A stretch of 62,894 nt of DNA, filler included, from an uncultured Methanosarcinales archaeon (GTDB lineage Archaea; Nanobdellota; Nanobdellia; Woesearchaeales; JAGLXL01): the NCBI GenBank assembly GCA_964472345.1. It is 21 parts of 21 records of this genome, joined end to end, with 100 filler letters (N's around TTAATTAATTAA, not from the genome) between each part and the next. Parts side by side here need not be neighbours in the genome. Positions count along the whole stretch, not along the records: positions 18,708 to 21,927 come from CAYYLB010000096.1; positions 22,028 to 25,121 come from CAYYLB010000097.1; positions 25,222 to 28,308 come from CAYYLB010000098.1; positions 28,409 to 31,475 come from CAYYLB010000099.1; 17 more parts are not named here. The stretch is one strand, 5' to 3'. This document shows positions 19,922 through 29,022 of this stretch, one piece after another. The number at the start of each line of letters is the position of its first letter. Within the stretch, counting starts at the first letter, position 1. The notes under the pieces were generated by a model, which saw nothing but the letters and a program-made list of their open reading frames with translations, did no database searches and had not been told where the DNA came from. The translations under genes were made by a program, and so were the position numbers.

Positions 19922-20992
19922 ATGCCGGGCAGGTACGACAGCCCGCCCGCAAACAAAGGGCGCACCGCGCATAACGTTCCCGCCGCGCGCATGAGCCAGA
20001 TCTTCTTCAAGCGGCCGAAGTACATCCCGAGCGGCATCTTCCGGCTGCTTGGCAAGGTGGGCTTCCAGTCGGTCGACCTGCATTTCCACACCGAGTACGG
20101 CATCGATTCCGTCTCGCGCATCACGGAAACGCTCAGGAAATGCCGGCAGAAGGGTATCGGCGTGGCGATCACGGACCATAATGAGATCAAGGGCGCGGAG
20201 AAGGCATGGAGGCTGCGCAAGGGCGTCTTTGTCATTCCCGGCATTGAGGCGAGCACGATGCACGGCGTCCACTCGCTCTATTTCTTCTCCCGCATCGGCG
20301 ACTGCCGCTCCTTCTTCTCGGACGTCGTCAGGCCGCTGCGGAAGAAAAACCCCTTTTTCCTGCCCATCGCGCTCGAGGAGCTGATGGAGAAGGCGCGCGA
20401 CTACAGCGCCTTCATCAGCGTCCCGCATCCGTATGGGCCCGGCGTCATAGGGATCAAGAAGGTGCGGTTCCCGAAGCTGCGGATGCGCCGGCTCGAGCGG
20501 CACTTCGATCTCGTGGAGGCGCTGAACGCGGCCAACCTCCGCAGGATGAACGAGCGTGCGCTCCGCTGGGCGCGCTTCATCAGGAAGCCGATGACCGCCG
20601 GCTCCGATGGGCACACGAGCGCAGAATTGGGCAAGGCGCTGACGCTCGCCTACGGCCCTGATATCGAGAGCTACTTCGCGTCGCTCAAGAAGGGGCTGAG
20701 CATCCTGATGGGCAAGGAGCAGAACATCGTCATCGACGCGTTCCATGAGCTGGTGAAGCAGAAGAAATACTTCAGGGAAGCCCGCGCCATGGGAAAAGGG
20801 CTGTTCTGGATGAAGGAGCACACGCGCGAGTTCGAGCGGCTCGGCGAGAAGCTGCGGCGGCTTGAGCGGAAGGCAAAGCACCCCGGCAGCCTGTTCCACA
20901 GCACCGAAGCGCAGCGGCAACGGCACCTGCGGCATTACAAGGAATACCTGAAGCTGGGCGGGGGCATGTTTCGTGGGAAGGTGATGGAGTGA
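19922..20992 (+). CDS. PHP-domain phosphoesterase
   Basis: DLHFHTEYG.D, AITDHNE, IPGIE, PHPY, AGSDGH. Confidence 0.88.
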   Translation: MPGRYDSPPANKGRTAHNVPAARMSQIFFKRPKYIPSGIFRLLGKVGFQSVDLHFHTEYGIDSVSRITETLRKCRQKGIGVAITDHNEIKGAEKAWRLRKGVFVIPGIEASTMHGVHSLYFFSRIGDCRSFFSDVVRPLRKKNPFFLPIALEELMEKARDYSAFISVPHPYGPGVIGIKKVRFPKLRMRRLERHFDLVEALNAANLRRMNERALRWARFIRKPMTAGSDGHTSAELGKALTLAYGPDIESYFASLKKGLSILMGKEQNIVIDAFHELVKQKKYFREARAMGKGLFWMKEHTREFERLGEKLRRLERKAKHPGSLFHSTEAQRQRHLRHYKEYLKLGGGMFRGKVME

Positions 20993-21088
20993 AAGCGTTG
21001 CACAGCCAGGCGGATGGCTATTGCTGCCCCCGTTTCTTTCCGGCGTGAGCCGCAATTCAGGATTAGGTTATAACGAATGATTAACCAT

Positions 21089-21610
21089 TTATGTGAAAGC
21101 GGAAACAGTATTGAAAGATGCTTGCACTTCGTTGGCAGCGACAAAATAGTGGCTTAGCGTGAAGTCCTCGGGGACATCATAAACGAGTTTGACCTTCTTG
21201 GTCACTCCTGGGTTCAAAAGCTCAAAAGAAAGGACAGAATCCGGGCCAAGATAAAAGGAAATAGAATCGTCTGGTGCGAATAACCTACCTTTTTGGTCAA
21301 AGAGCCTAAGAAATTGAGAGGAAGCATATTTTGGGGAGCTTCCAATGTTTTGTATCTCAACATCCACCACAAGAAAGATTCCGTTTGCCTGCTTCCCAAG
21401 GAATTGTCCCTGAAGCAATTCTTTTCTTATTCTTTCTTTCTTTTCAGTCTTTGTTATTCTCCAGCTAAAGTCGCCGACAACAAAAGAACTTAAACCTCCA
21501 CTAACCTGTGTAGGCTGGTTTTGAGGTTCTTGTACGTTTTGGCCTGGTTGGATTGAAACAGCGCAGCCAACGACAAGAACAAGCAGAAGTAAAAAAACTT
21601 TGTGGATCAT
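21089..21610 (-). CDS. DUF4352-like putative lipoprotein
   Basis: Lipobox-like LVLVVGC; FLVVDVEIQNIG...LFDQKGRLF...LNPGVTKKVKLVYDVP. Confidence 0.8.
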   Translation of the reverse strand: MIHKVFLLLLVLVVGCAVSIQPGQNVQEPQNQPTQVSGGLSSFVVGDFSWRITKTEKKERIRKELLQGQFLGKQANGIFLVVDVEIQNIGSSPKYASSQFLRLFDQKGRLFAPDDSISFYLGPDSVLSFELLNPGVTKKVKLVYDVPEDFTLSHYFVAANEVQASFNTVSAFT

Positions 21611-21849
21611 GCAGGCACTTCCGTAATCTTTTTTTTGAAGCGCATATGCTTGTCTGCAGGAGGCTCTCTGTAGCCGATGACTTTTAAGTCACCTATGTTG
21701 ATAACCACTCCACGGATGTCTTCTCTTTTCGCCTGGTCCTTTATGTGGTCAACCCATTCCTGCGGGAGGTATATCTGATACCTTGTTCTACCACTTTGGT
21801 CTTTCCCCCCACTAAGAATTTTGGTCATAAATATGGTATTTAATATCAT
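21607..21849 (-). CDS. Small hypothetical protein, possibly AbrB/SpoVT-like
   Basis: RYQIYLPQEW; ATGA overlap with the downstream gene; BRE-TATA CGAAAGGTTTATATA upstream (true start may be the downstream Met). Confidence 0.55.
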   Translation of the reverse strand: MILNTIFMTKILSGGKDQSGRTRYQIYLPQEWVDHIKDQAKREDIRGVVINIGDLKVIGYREPPADKHMRFKKKITEVPA

Positions 21850-22110
21850 AGTATATAAACCTTTCGCTTTTGGCTATTGCTGCCCCCGTTTCTTTCCGGC
21901 GTGAGCCGCAATGGCAAGGCCAGCAGCNNNNNNNNNNNNNNNNNNNNNNNNNNNNNNNNNNNNNNNNNNNNTTAATTAATTAANNNNNNNNNNNNNNNNN
22001 NNNNNNNNNNNNNNNNNNNNNNNNNNNTGACCAAAACGTCCCACTCTTCGCTGGTCGGGCAGCCAAGTCTTTAAAAATGGCTTAAAACTCACGGCTGGCA
22101 GGTGAGCACC

Positions 22111-24051
22111 ATGTCCGGCAAAAAGGCGAAACAGGCGGCGAAAGAGCCGGTAAAAGAAGCGGAGGGCAAGGCAGCGGCAGCGCCGCCATTGCCCAAGCTG
22201 CCGAAGGAGCTGGAAGAGAAGCTCAAGGACATCAAGGACAAGCTCGACAAGTTCAAGGCCAGGCTTCTCGAGAAATTCGACAAGTACATCGTCGGGATTG
22301 CGCTGCTGCCGCCCGAGCAGCCTCAGCCGCCACAGGGGATGGCGTCTCCTGGGATGCTGCAAGGTGCGGTGCCGCCCGGAGCGGTGCAGCAGCCTGCTCA
22401 GGCGAACGCGCAGGCGCCCAAGCAGAAGGAGGAGGACAAGAAGATCAATGTCCTCGTGCTGATCGATGATTCTGATGTCAAGAAGATGACGCCCTGGGAG
22501 CTGCGGGACAAGCTCACGGCCATCATGGATTCCATTGCCAAGGAGATTGATGAGCGCCTGCGGCCGAATCCGCTGCTGCTGGGCGACCTTTGGCAGAGCT
22601 GCTATGACGGCAAGTACGATCTTCTCAAGACGATTGCGCTTGGAGCGCCGATCCACGACACGGGCATGCTCGGCGCAATCAAGCTTGCGGAAGTGCACAA
22701 GAGCATGGTGCTCAAGAAGTTCGAGAAGTACATCGTCGCCTACGTCCTCGCGGGCAGCCTCACGCAGGGGCGCGCAACACAAAGCAGCGACATCGATGTC
22801 TGGATCGTGATCGACGACACAGATGTCAAGAAGATGACGCGCGCGGAGCTGAAAGACAAGCTGCGTGCCATCATCATCGGCATGGGTGTGGAGGCGGGCG
22901 ACATCACCGGCATCAAGAACAAGATCAACATCCAAGTGTACATCTTAACTGATTTCTGGGACAGCCTGCGCGAGGCGAACCCCGTCATCTTCACTCTGCT
23001 GCGTGACGGCGTGCCGTTCTACGACCGCGGCATCTTCATGCCCTGGAAGCAGCTGCTGCGGATGGGGCGCATCAAGCCCAGCCGGGAAGCGATCGACCTG
23101 TTCATGAGCACGGGCGACCAGATGCTGGGCCGCGTGAAGTTCAAGCTCAAGGACATCGGCATGGAGGACATCTACTACGCGATCCTGACGCCGTCACAGG
23201 CCGCGCTGATGATGTATGGCATCCCGCCGCCGACGCCGCGCGAGACATCGGAGATGATGCGCGAGATCTTCGTCAAGAAGGAAGGGCTGCTCGAAGAGAA
23301 GTTCGTGAAGATCCTTGAAGAGAACATCGACATCCGGAAGCAGATCGAGCACGGCGAGAAGAAAGAGCTGAGCGGCAAGGATGTGGACACGCTGCTGTCC
23401 AACGCGGACAAGTACCTCGCGCGCATCAAGCGGCTGTTCAAGCAGATCGAGACCATCAACGAAGCGAAGGGCATGGTGGAGCTTTACGATCGCGTGATGA
23501 CCATCATCCGCGATGTGCTGAAAGCGGAGGGCATTGAGCGCGTCGCTGACGAAGAGATCATGCGCATCTTCGAGAATGAGCTGATCGCCAAGGGACGCAT
23601 CCCCGCGAAGACGCTGCGCGACCTGAACGAGATCATCGAGGCGAAAAAAGCATTTGATGGGGGCAAGCTGACCAAGCCCGAGATCGAGAAGGCGCGCCAG
23701 GGCAGCGAAGCGCTGATCCGCTTCCTGGTCGAGTACCTGCAGCGCAAGCGCGGACAGGAGCTTGAGCGGGCGAAGATCCGCGTCAAGTACGGCCAGAAGC
23801 ACGGCGAGGTGCTGCTGCTCGACACGACGGCGTTCATCATCCATGACATCGATGCGGAAAAGCCGGCGGTCAGCAAGGCGCCCGTCCGGCAGGATGGCGG
23901 CCTGGGGGCAACGGCGGAAAGCACGCTCGAGGAGATGGAGAAGGCGCTTGCGAGCGTGAAGTTCCCGCAGCGGGTGTTCATCAAGGAGCCTATTTTCGAA
24001 AAGCTGCGCGACCTGTTCGGGAAGGATGTTGAGATTCTGGTTGGCTATTAG
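22111..24051 (+). CDS. Tandem nucleotidyltransferase plus HEPN multidomain protein
   Basis: Duplicated KFxKYIV and IDDxDVKKMT..ELxDKL; GSLTQGRATQSSDIDV in copy 2; HEPN-like YYAILTPSQAALM...RKQIEH. Confidence 0.8.
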   Translation: MSGKKAKQAAKEPVKEAEGKAAAAPPLPKLPKELEEKLKDIKDKLDKFKARLLEKFDKYIVGIALLPPEQPQPPQGMASPGMLQGAVPPGAVQQPAQANAQAPKQKEEDKKINVLVLIDDSDVKKMTPWELRDKLTAIMDSIAKEIDERLRPNPLLLGDLWQSCYDGKYDLLKTIALGAPIHDTGMLGAIKLAEVHKSMVLKKFEKYIVAYVLAGSLTQGRATQSSDIDVWIVIDDTDVKKMTRAELKDKLRAIIIGMGVEAGDITGIKNKINIQVYILTDFWDSLREANPVIFTLLRDGVPFYDRGIFMPWKQLLRMGRIKPSREAIDLFMSTGDQMLGRVKFKLKDIGMEDIYYAILTPSQAALMMYGIPPPTPRETSEMMREIFVKKEGLLEEKFVKILEENIDIRKQIEHGEKKELSGKDVDTLLSNADKYLARIKRLFKQIETINEAKGMVELYDRVMTIIRDVLKAEGIERVADEEIMRIFENELIAKGRIPAKTLRDLNEIIEAKKAFDGGKLTKPEIEKARQGSEALIRFLVEYLQRKRGQELERAKIRVKYGQKHGEVLLLDTTAFIIHDIDAEKPAVSKAPVRQDGGLGATAESTLEEMEKALASVKFPQRVFIKEPIFEKLRDLFGKDVEILVGY

Positions 24052-24127
24052 CGCAGAGCATGGCATTCGTTCCGGCTGCGCGTGGCGCCCGGCGCCGTTC
24101 TCCGCCCCTCTCGTTCGTTCTCCTGCC

Positions 24128-24505
24128 TCACTTCACCCGGCGCATGAACGACCGGACCTTCTCCTCAACCCGCTTCTCGAGGATCTCGAAGCTCTCGAAC
24201 TTGTACTTCATGCCCCAGAAGCCGAAGAGGAACAGCAGCAGGATTATCGACTGCAGGAGATAGTTCCTGGCGAAGAGCGCGATCTCGCCCGTGAGGATTG
24301 GGAACGTCCCCAGCTCCTGTGCCAGGTTCAGCAGCCCGTTAACGCTCAGCAGCAGCAGCGCGGCAACGACGCTCAGCCACGCTTTCGAAAGCCGGTCATA
24401 CTTGTAGACCTCATACGCGAGGTACGCTGCGACGAGCGACCCTGCGACCTGGAACACTGCGAACAGCGCGCCGATCTCCGACAACGGAATCTTCTCAAGC
24501 ACCAT
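24128..24505 (-). CDS. Small membrane protein
   Basis: Three hydrophobic segments; coupled to the upstream gene. Confidence 0.7.
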   Translation of the reverse strand: MVLEKIPLSEIGALFAVFQVAGSLVAAYLAYEVYKYDRLSKAWLSVVAALLLLSVNGLLNLAQELGTFPILTGEIALFARNYLLQSIILLLFLFGFWGMKYKFESFEILEKRVEEKVRSFMRRVK

Positions 24506-25025
24506 GGTGCCTCACCTCATCGACAAACGATTCGATCTGCTTGATGACGTCCTTTCCCACATCCGATTCGAGCGACAGGATGATGGTCTGCACACCGTAC
24601 GAGCGCATCTTGTTCACGAGAAAATTTGAGAAGCGCCCGATCGTGTTTGCGTCATTGTAGATCAGGAGCGTCGAGAGCGAGTCAAGAAACAGGGTCTTCT
24701 CTCCCTGCAGATGCTTGACGCTCTCATGGATCGCGATGCTCAACGCCGTGAGGCTCTTCGGGCTCTCCACGAACAGGCAGTTGTCCGGCTCATCATGCAG
24801 CTCCTCCCCAAGCACTTCTTTTGAGATGCAATCGATGAAAAAGACATTGCTGAGATTGACGCCTGCCTGCTCGAATGAGCGCTGCACGTTCGTGTAAGGC
24901 TTGTTGGTCGTGACATACACCACGTTGTGCTTGTCCGTCTCTTTCTTGAATATGGCAATCACATGCTTGAAATATTCCTCGGGATTGAGCACGTAGAGGA
25001 TGATCTGTGCCATCGGGGGAATCAT
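24495..25025 (-). CDS. Inactive KaiC/RecA-fold protein (DUF835/DUF7504-like)
   Basis: VYVTTNKPY, FFIDCIS, LFLDSLSTLLIYN; no Walker A. Confidence 0.75.
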   Translation of the reverse strand: MIPPMAQIILYVLNPEEYFKHVIAIFKKETDKHNVVYVTTNKPYTNVQRSFEQAGVNLSNVFFIDCISKEVLGEELHDEPDNCLFVESPKSLTALSIAIHESVKHLQGEKTLFLDSLSTLLIYNDANTIGRFSNFLVNKMRSYGVQTIILSLESDVGKDVIKQIESFVDEVRHHGA

Positions 25026-25221
25026 TGCTGGAGACTATTTAAAGGTTCGCGTGGCAAGACTTTTGCATTTTCCGCATCCGTTTGGCGCGGCACCGCTCCA
25101 CGGGCGAACGTTCAGCCTCGTNNNNNNNNNNNNNNNNNNNNNNNNNNNNNNNNNNNNNNNNNNNNTTAATTAATTAANNNNNNNNNNNNNNNNNNNNNNN
25201 NNNNNNNNNNNNNNNNNNNNN

Positions 25222-25275
25222 GGAATCGCCATCCCGTTCCCGACGAGGACGGTGTACGTGAAGCGGGAGAAATGA
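25222..25275 (+). CDS. 3' end of MscS-family mechanosensitive channel
   Basis: GIAIPFPTRTVYVKREK*. Confidence 0.7.
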   Translation, partial: GIAIPFPTRTVYVKREK

Positions 25276-25370
25276 TGGCGCGAGGTGAACCCGCCGCAAC
25301 GGGAAGCTGATGTGGATGAAAGCATATCATATCAATAACGGTGTAGGGGAGAGTGCAGAGCAAATATCGA

Positions 25371-25462
25371 TAAATGCGGTGATGAGATTACAGTTTCTAA
25401 GCTGCATTTAGCGAGATAGATAAGCGCGCAGTTTTTGCAACAGAATCATCGCGCTTATCTAT
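25371..25462. repeat. Two adjacent stem-loops between convergent genes
   Basis: TAAATGCGGT/GCTGCATTTA and perfect 13-bp ATAGATAAGCGCG/CGCGCTTATCTAT. Confidence 0.7.
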
Positions 25463-25550
25463 ATTTCCAGAGGCGCTCGTGCACCGGGGACATCAGTTCG
25501 GGCACCAACGGAAAGTCCCACAATGCTGTCGGCTCTTGCTCGTGCCCTCA

Positions 25551-26282
25551 TCAGGCGCCACGCATACTCTGCGCAGAGAGCTCTGTCGCACCGACCACTG
25601 CGGCTGGGATTGCAATCAAGCCCGCGAGTGGGATGAGAAGCATCAGCGCAACGGATGTACCGATGCCCAGCACCAGCATGAACGAGCGGAACAGGAATGC
25701 GATGCGATCGGCGAACCCGGCGCCGGTGGCCTTCAGCACAGGGTTTACCGCTGCTGAGCCAAAATTGAAACAGGCGATGAGAGTTCCAAGCATTGCGAAG
25801 ACGATGCCGATGAACGGAAGCAGCGCGAGGAGGGCGCAGAGACTGCCGGCGATGGTGAACAGCAGCGAACGGGCGACGTCGGAAAACATTCCTTCGATGA
25901 ACCCGGACTCACGGATCCTGATGGAGTGCCTTGAGAGCACGTGCACAACCATTCTTTCGTAGAACGAATTGCCGATCATCCCTGTGATAGTGGAGAACAG
26001 GAGGACAAAGGGCGCGAGCAGCGCAACGAAGACAAACGGAATAAGCGCATACCAAAGAAACCGCAGCCAGCCTTCGGGCCTGCTCCAGATCTTCCCAAGC
26101 AGATCGTCAGCATACACGCCGGCACCAATGACCAGTGCGAGATACAAAACCGCGGTGAGCAGAATCGGAATGATCGCGAGTTTTCTCAGTTTCGGGTCGG
26201 CAAGGATGTCGCCCGCACCACGGATCACTGCCCATGCTCCCCCGAAGAACCCGAGGATCCCTGAAGGAAGCCTGCCGCTCAT
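25551..26282 (-). CDS. EI24/CysZ-like membrane protein
   Basis: PKLRKLAIIPILL, IGNSFYERM; ATGA overlap with aspS. Confidence 0.75.
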   Translation of the reverse strand: MSGRLPSGILGFFGGAWAVIRGAGDILADPKLRKLAIIPILLTAVLYLALVIGAGVYADDLLGKIWSRPEGWLRFLWYALIPFVFVALLAPFVLLFSTITGMIGNSFYERMVVHVLSRHSIRIRESGFIEGMFSDVARSLLFTIAGSLCALLALLPFIGIVFAMLGTLIACFNFGSAAVNPVLKATGAGFADRIAFLFRSFMLVLGIGTSVALMLLIPLAGLIAIPAAVVGATELSAQSMRGA

Positions 26283-28063
26283 TTTCCTTCATGGGTATTC
26301 TTCTTCGCCGCCGCGTCCAGCTCAATATGCAGCTCCTTCAGGTGCTTCGCATCGGCTGCGCTGGGAGAGCCGTCCATCGGATTCTCGGCTGCCTTTGACT
26401 TCGGGAACGCAATCACCTCGCGGATATCACGCAGCCCGCAGAGCATCGCGCAGATCCGGTCAAAGCCGAACGCAATGCCGCCGTGCGGCGGCGCGCCGTA
26501 GCGCAGCGCCTCAAGGAAGAAGCCGAACTTGCGGTGCGCATCCTCCTTTGCATAGCCGAGAAGCTGGAAGACCTTATCCTGGATGTCATGCTGGTGGTTC
26601 CGGATGCTGCCTCCGCCGAGCTCAATCCCGTTCAGCACGAGATCGTACGCGCGCGCTTTCACTTTCGCAGGCTCTCTGTCCAGCAGCGCAAGGTGCTCCG
26701 GCTTCGGCGAGGTGAACGGGTGGTGCATCGCGTCCCACCGCTTCTCCTCGTCATTCCACTCCACGAGCGGGAAGCCGGTGATCCAGGTGAAGCGCAGCTC
26801 GCCGTCCTTGATCAGCTTCAGCTCATTGCCGAGCTTCAGCCGGACCTTGCTCAGCACCTCATTGCACTTCTTCGCTGCATCCGCGACAAACAGGAGCACG
26901 TCGCCCGGCTTCGCAGCCATCGCCTTCACCAGCGCCTTCTGCTGCTTCTCGTCGAAGAACTTCACAATGTTGCTTTCAAGCCCCTTGTCCGTCATCTTCA
27001 TCCACGCCAGCCCCTTGGCGCCCTGCTCCTGCGCAAAGGCGATGTACTCCTCGAGCTGGGTGCGCGTGAAGTCTGCTTTGGCCGCGTTGATGCACTTGAC
27101 GATGCCGCCGCCTTTGGCTGCATCGGCAAAGACCTTGAACGAGGACGCTTTCGCGATCTCCGTCACGTCCACCAGCTCCAGGCCAAAGCGCAGGTCCGGC
27201 CGGTCAATGCCGTACTTCGCCATCACATCGTCATAGCTCATGCGCGGGAAGGGTGTCGTGAGCTTCTTTCCGGCTGCTTCCTTCCAGATTGCTGCCACGA
27301 GACCCTCCGCCATCTGCAGCACGTCGTCCTCCTCGACAAACGACATCTCGATATCGATCTGCGTGAACTCCGGCTGCCGGTCCTCGCGCAGATCTTCATC
27401 GCGCAGGCACCGCGCCAGCTGATAGTACCTGTCAAAACCGGCAATCATCAGCGTCTGCTTGTACAGCTGCGGCGACTGGGGCAGTGAGTAGAACTTCCCG
27501 GGATGGATGCGGCTCGGCACGATGTAATCGCGCGCTCCCTCGGGCGTGTGCTTCAGCAGCAGCGGCGTCTCAATCTCGAGGAAGCCGAGCTTGTCCAGGT
27601 ATGCCCGGGCTGCCCGTGCAGCAGTATGCCGCGTGACGAGCTGCCGCTGCATGCCCGGCCTGCGCAGGTCAAGGTAGCGGTACGTTAACCTGGTTGCTTC
27701 GCTCGGCACCTTCCGGTCGTCAATCTCCATCGGCGGGATCTCCGCCTGGTTGAGGACCTGCAGCGCGTCGGTGAAAACCTCGATGTCGCCTGTGGCGAGT
27801 GCAGGATTTTTCATCCCCGCGACACGCTCCTTCACCACGCCGCGCGCGGCGATGACGTCCTCACGCCGCAGCTTTTCTGCTGCTGCATGGGCCTGCTTGT
27901 GGAATGTCGGGTTGAAGACGATCTGCGTGAGCCCGTAGCGGTCCCGCAGGTCGATGAATATCACGCCGCCGTGGTCGCGCCGCGCGTGCACCCAGCCGCA
28001 GAGCGTGACTGCATGATCGACGTCGTTCGCCCGTAATTCCCCGCAGGTATGCGTCCGCAGCAT
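26279..28063 (-). CDS. aspS: Aspartate-tRNA ligase, bacterial type with GAD insertion (likely non-discriminating)
   Basis: MLRTHTCGELR, RRDHGG, TPEGARDY, LPQSPQLYKQ, DRQPEFTQIDIE, GAPPHGGIAFGFDR. Confidence 0.96.
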   Translation of the reverse strand: MLRTHTCGELRANDVDHAVTLCGWVHARRDHGGVIFIDLRDRYGLTQIVFNPTFHKQAHAAAEKLRREDVIAARGVVKERVAGMKNPALATGDIEVFTDALQVLNQAEIPPMEIDDRKVPSEATRLTYRYLDLRRPGMQRQLVTRHTAARAARAYLDKLGFLEIETPLLLKHTPEGARDYIVPSRIHPGKFYSLPQSPQLYKQTLMIAGFDRYYQLARCLRDEDLREDRQPEFTQIDIEMSFVEEDDVLQMAEGLVAAIWKEAAGKKLTTPFPRMSYDDVMAKYGIDRPDLRFGLELVDVTEIAKASSFKVFADAAKGGGIVKCINAAKADFTRTQLEEYIAFAQEQGAKGLAWMKMTDKGLESNIVKFFDEKQQKALVKAMAAKPGDVLLFVADAAKKCNEVLSKVRLKLGNELKLIKDGELRFTWITGFPLVEWNDEEKRWDAMHHPFTSPKPEHLALLDREPAKVKARAYDLVLNGIELGGGSIRNHQHDIQDKVFQLLGYAKEDAHRKFGFFLEALRYGAPPHGGIAFGFDRICAMLCGLRDIREVIAFPKSKAAENPMDGSPSAADAKHLKELHIELDAAAKKNTHEGK

Positions 28064-28105
28064 AGGGCGCCAAAAAAGAGGGCCGTTTATAAACATTGTG
28101 AGGGA

Positions 28106-28308
28106 GCGGCTCTGTAGAAAAAGTGGCCGTAGCATTAAAAATCCCAGCCACAGCAAGCTGTAGGGATTTTTAAGCCTCAAACTGAGTAACTATAAATCGC
28201 AGCAAGTATGGTTGTTCTCGCAGAACAGACATGCTCAGAAGAGCACTTCTGTTGCTGCGGAGTATGTACTCAGTTTGAGCAATCAAAACGCCGCGGAGCG
28301 TTTTGGTG
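28106..28308. repeat. Multi-hairpin non-coding element, truncated by contig end
   Basis: Stems TTAAAAATCCC/GGGATTTTTAA, CTCAAACTGAGTA/TACTCAGTTTGAG, CGCAGCAA/TTGCTGCG, CAAAACGC/GCGTTTTG; end motif GCGGCTCTGTAGAAA. Confidence 0.75.
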
Positions 28309-28533
28309 NNNNNNNNNNNNNNNNNNNNNNNNNNNNNNNNNNNNNNNNNNNNTTAATTAATTAANNNNNNNNNNNNNNNNNNNNNNNNNNNNNNNNNNNN
28401 NNNNNNNNAGATTTAGGTTATTATTCTAATGTTCGACCGAAGGGAGCGTTTCGTCGTGCCCCCAACTCGTCGTTAAAGTGAAAATTTAATTGCGTAAAAC
28501 AACTAATAAGTGCAATTGCCTATACCTTTGTGT

Positions 28534-29013
28534 TCAGGAATAGGCACCGCACCAGCTGCGCGCCTTCTCTATCAGCCAGCCGTACGGCCTCCCGGCGGCA
28601 GCCGACGCGAGCATCGAAGCGCCGACGGCAAGCGCAATCTGCCTCGTCTCTGCGCCCGCCGCGAGAAGAGATGCCGCGTACAGCGGCGCATAGCAGACGG
28701 CATTTGCGATGAAGCCCGCAAAGCTGTCCGCACCCCAGCGCTGCCAGCGTGCACTTTCTTCCGTTGTCCCGGAGAGGGAGAGCAGCCAGTCGCGGAACAC
28801 CCCATACGGCCTGCCCAGCGCGAGCGGCGCGAGCGCCATGGCACCCCGCGATCCGGCATATTGCGAAAAGCTGAGGCCGAAGACCACCATGTCACGGAAG
28901 GCGCCGATCACGCCGGCGATCCCAAGCGCCGCGGCAGCGGCTCCCGTATCCGCAGCGAGCGCGCGCCATCCGTGCGGCGCCTCCATCCTCTCTTCGAGGT
29001 CGCCGTCAGCCAT
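28534..29013 (-). CDS. L-alanine exporter AlaE-like membrane protein
   Basis: GRPYGVFRDWL, PLYAASLLAAGA, GRPYGWL. Confidence 0.7.
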   Translation of the reverse strand: MADGDLEERMEAPHGWRALAADTGAAAAALGIAGVIGAFRDMVVFGLSFSQYAGSRGAMALAPLALGRPYGVFRDWLLSLSGTTEESARWQRWGADSFAGFIANAVCYAPLYAASLLAAGAETRQIALAVGASMLASAAAGRPYGWLIEKARSWCGAYS

Positions 29014-29022
29014 GCGTGAGCA

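Larger units (their letters stand above)
21015..21912. mobile_element. Two-gene AT-rich islet flanked by exact 42-bp direct repeats (21015-21056, 21871-21912)
   Basis: TGGCTATTGCTGCCCCCGTTTCTTTCCGGCGTGAGCCGCAAT twice; sharp composition change inside. Confidence 0.8.

Noticed and set aside
28064..28180. N-terminal extension of aspS
   Set aside because: It covers the TATA box and hairpin element; homology starts at MLRTH.
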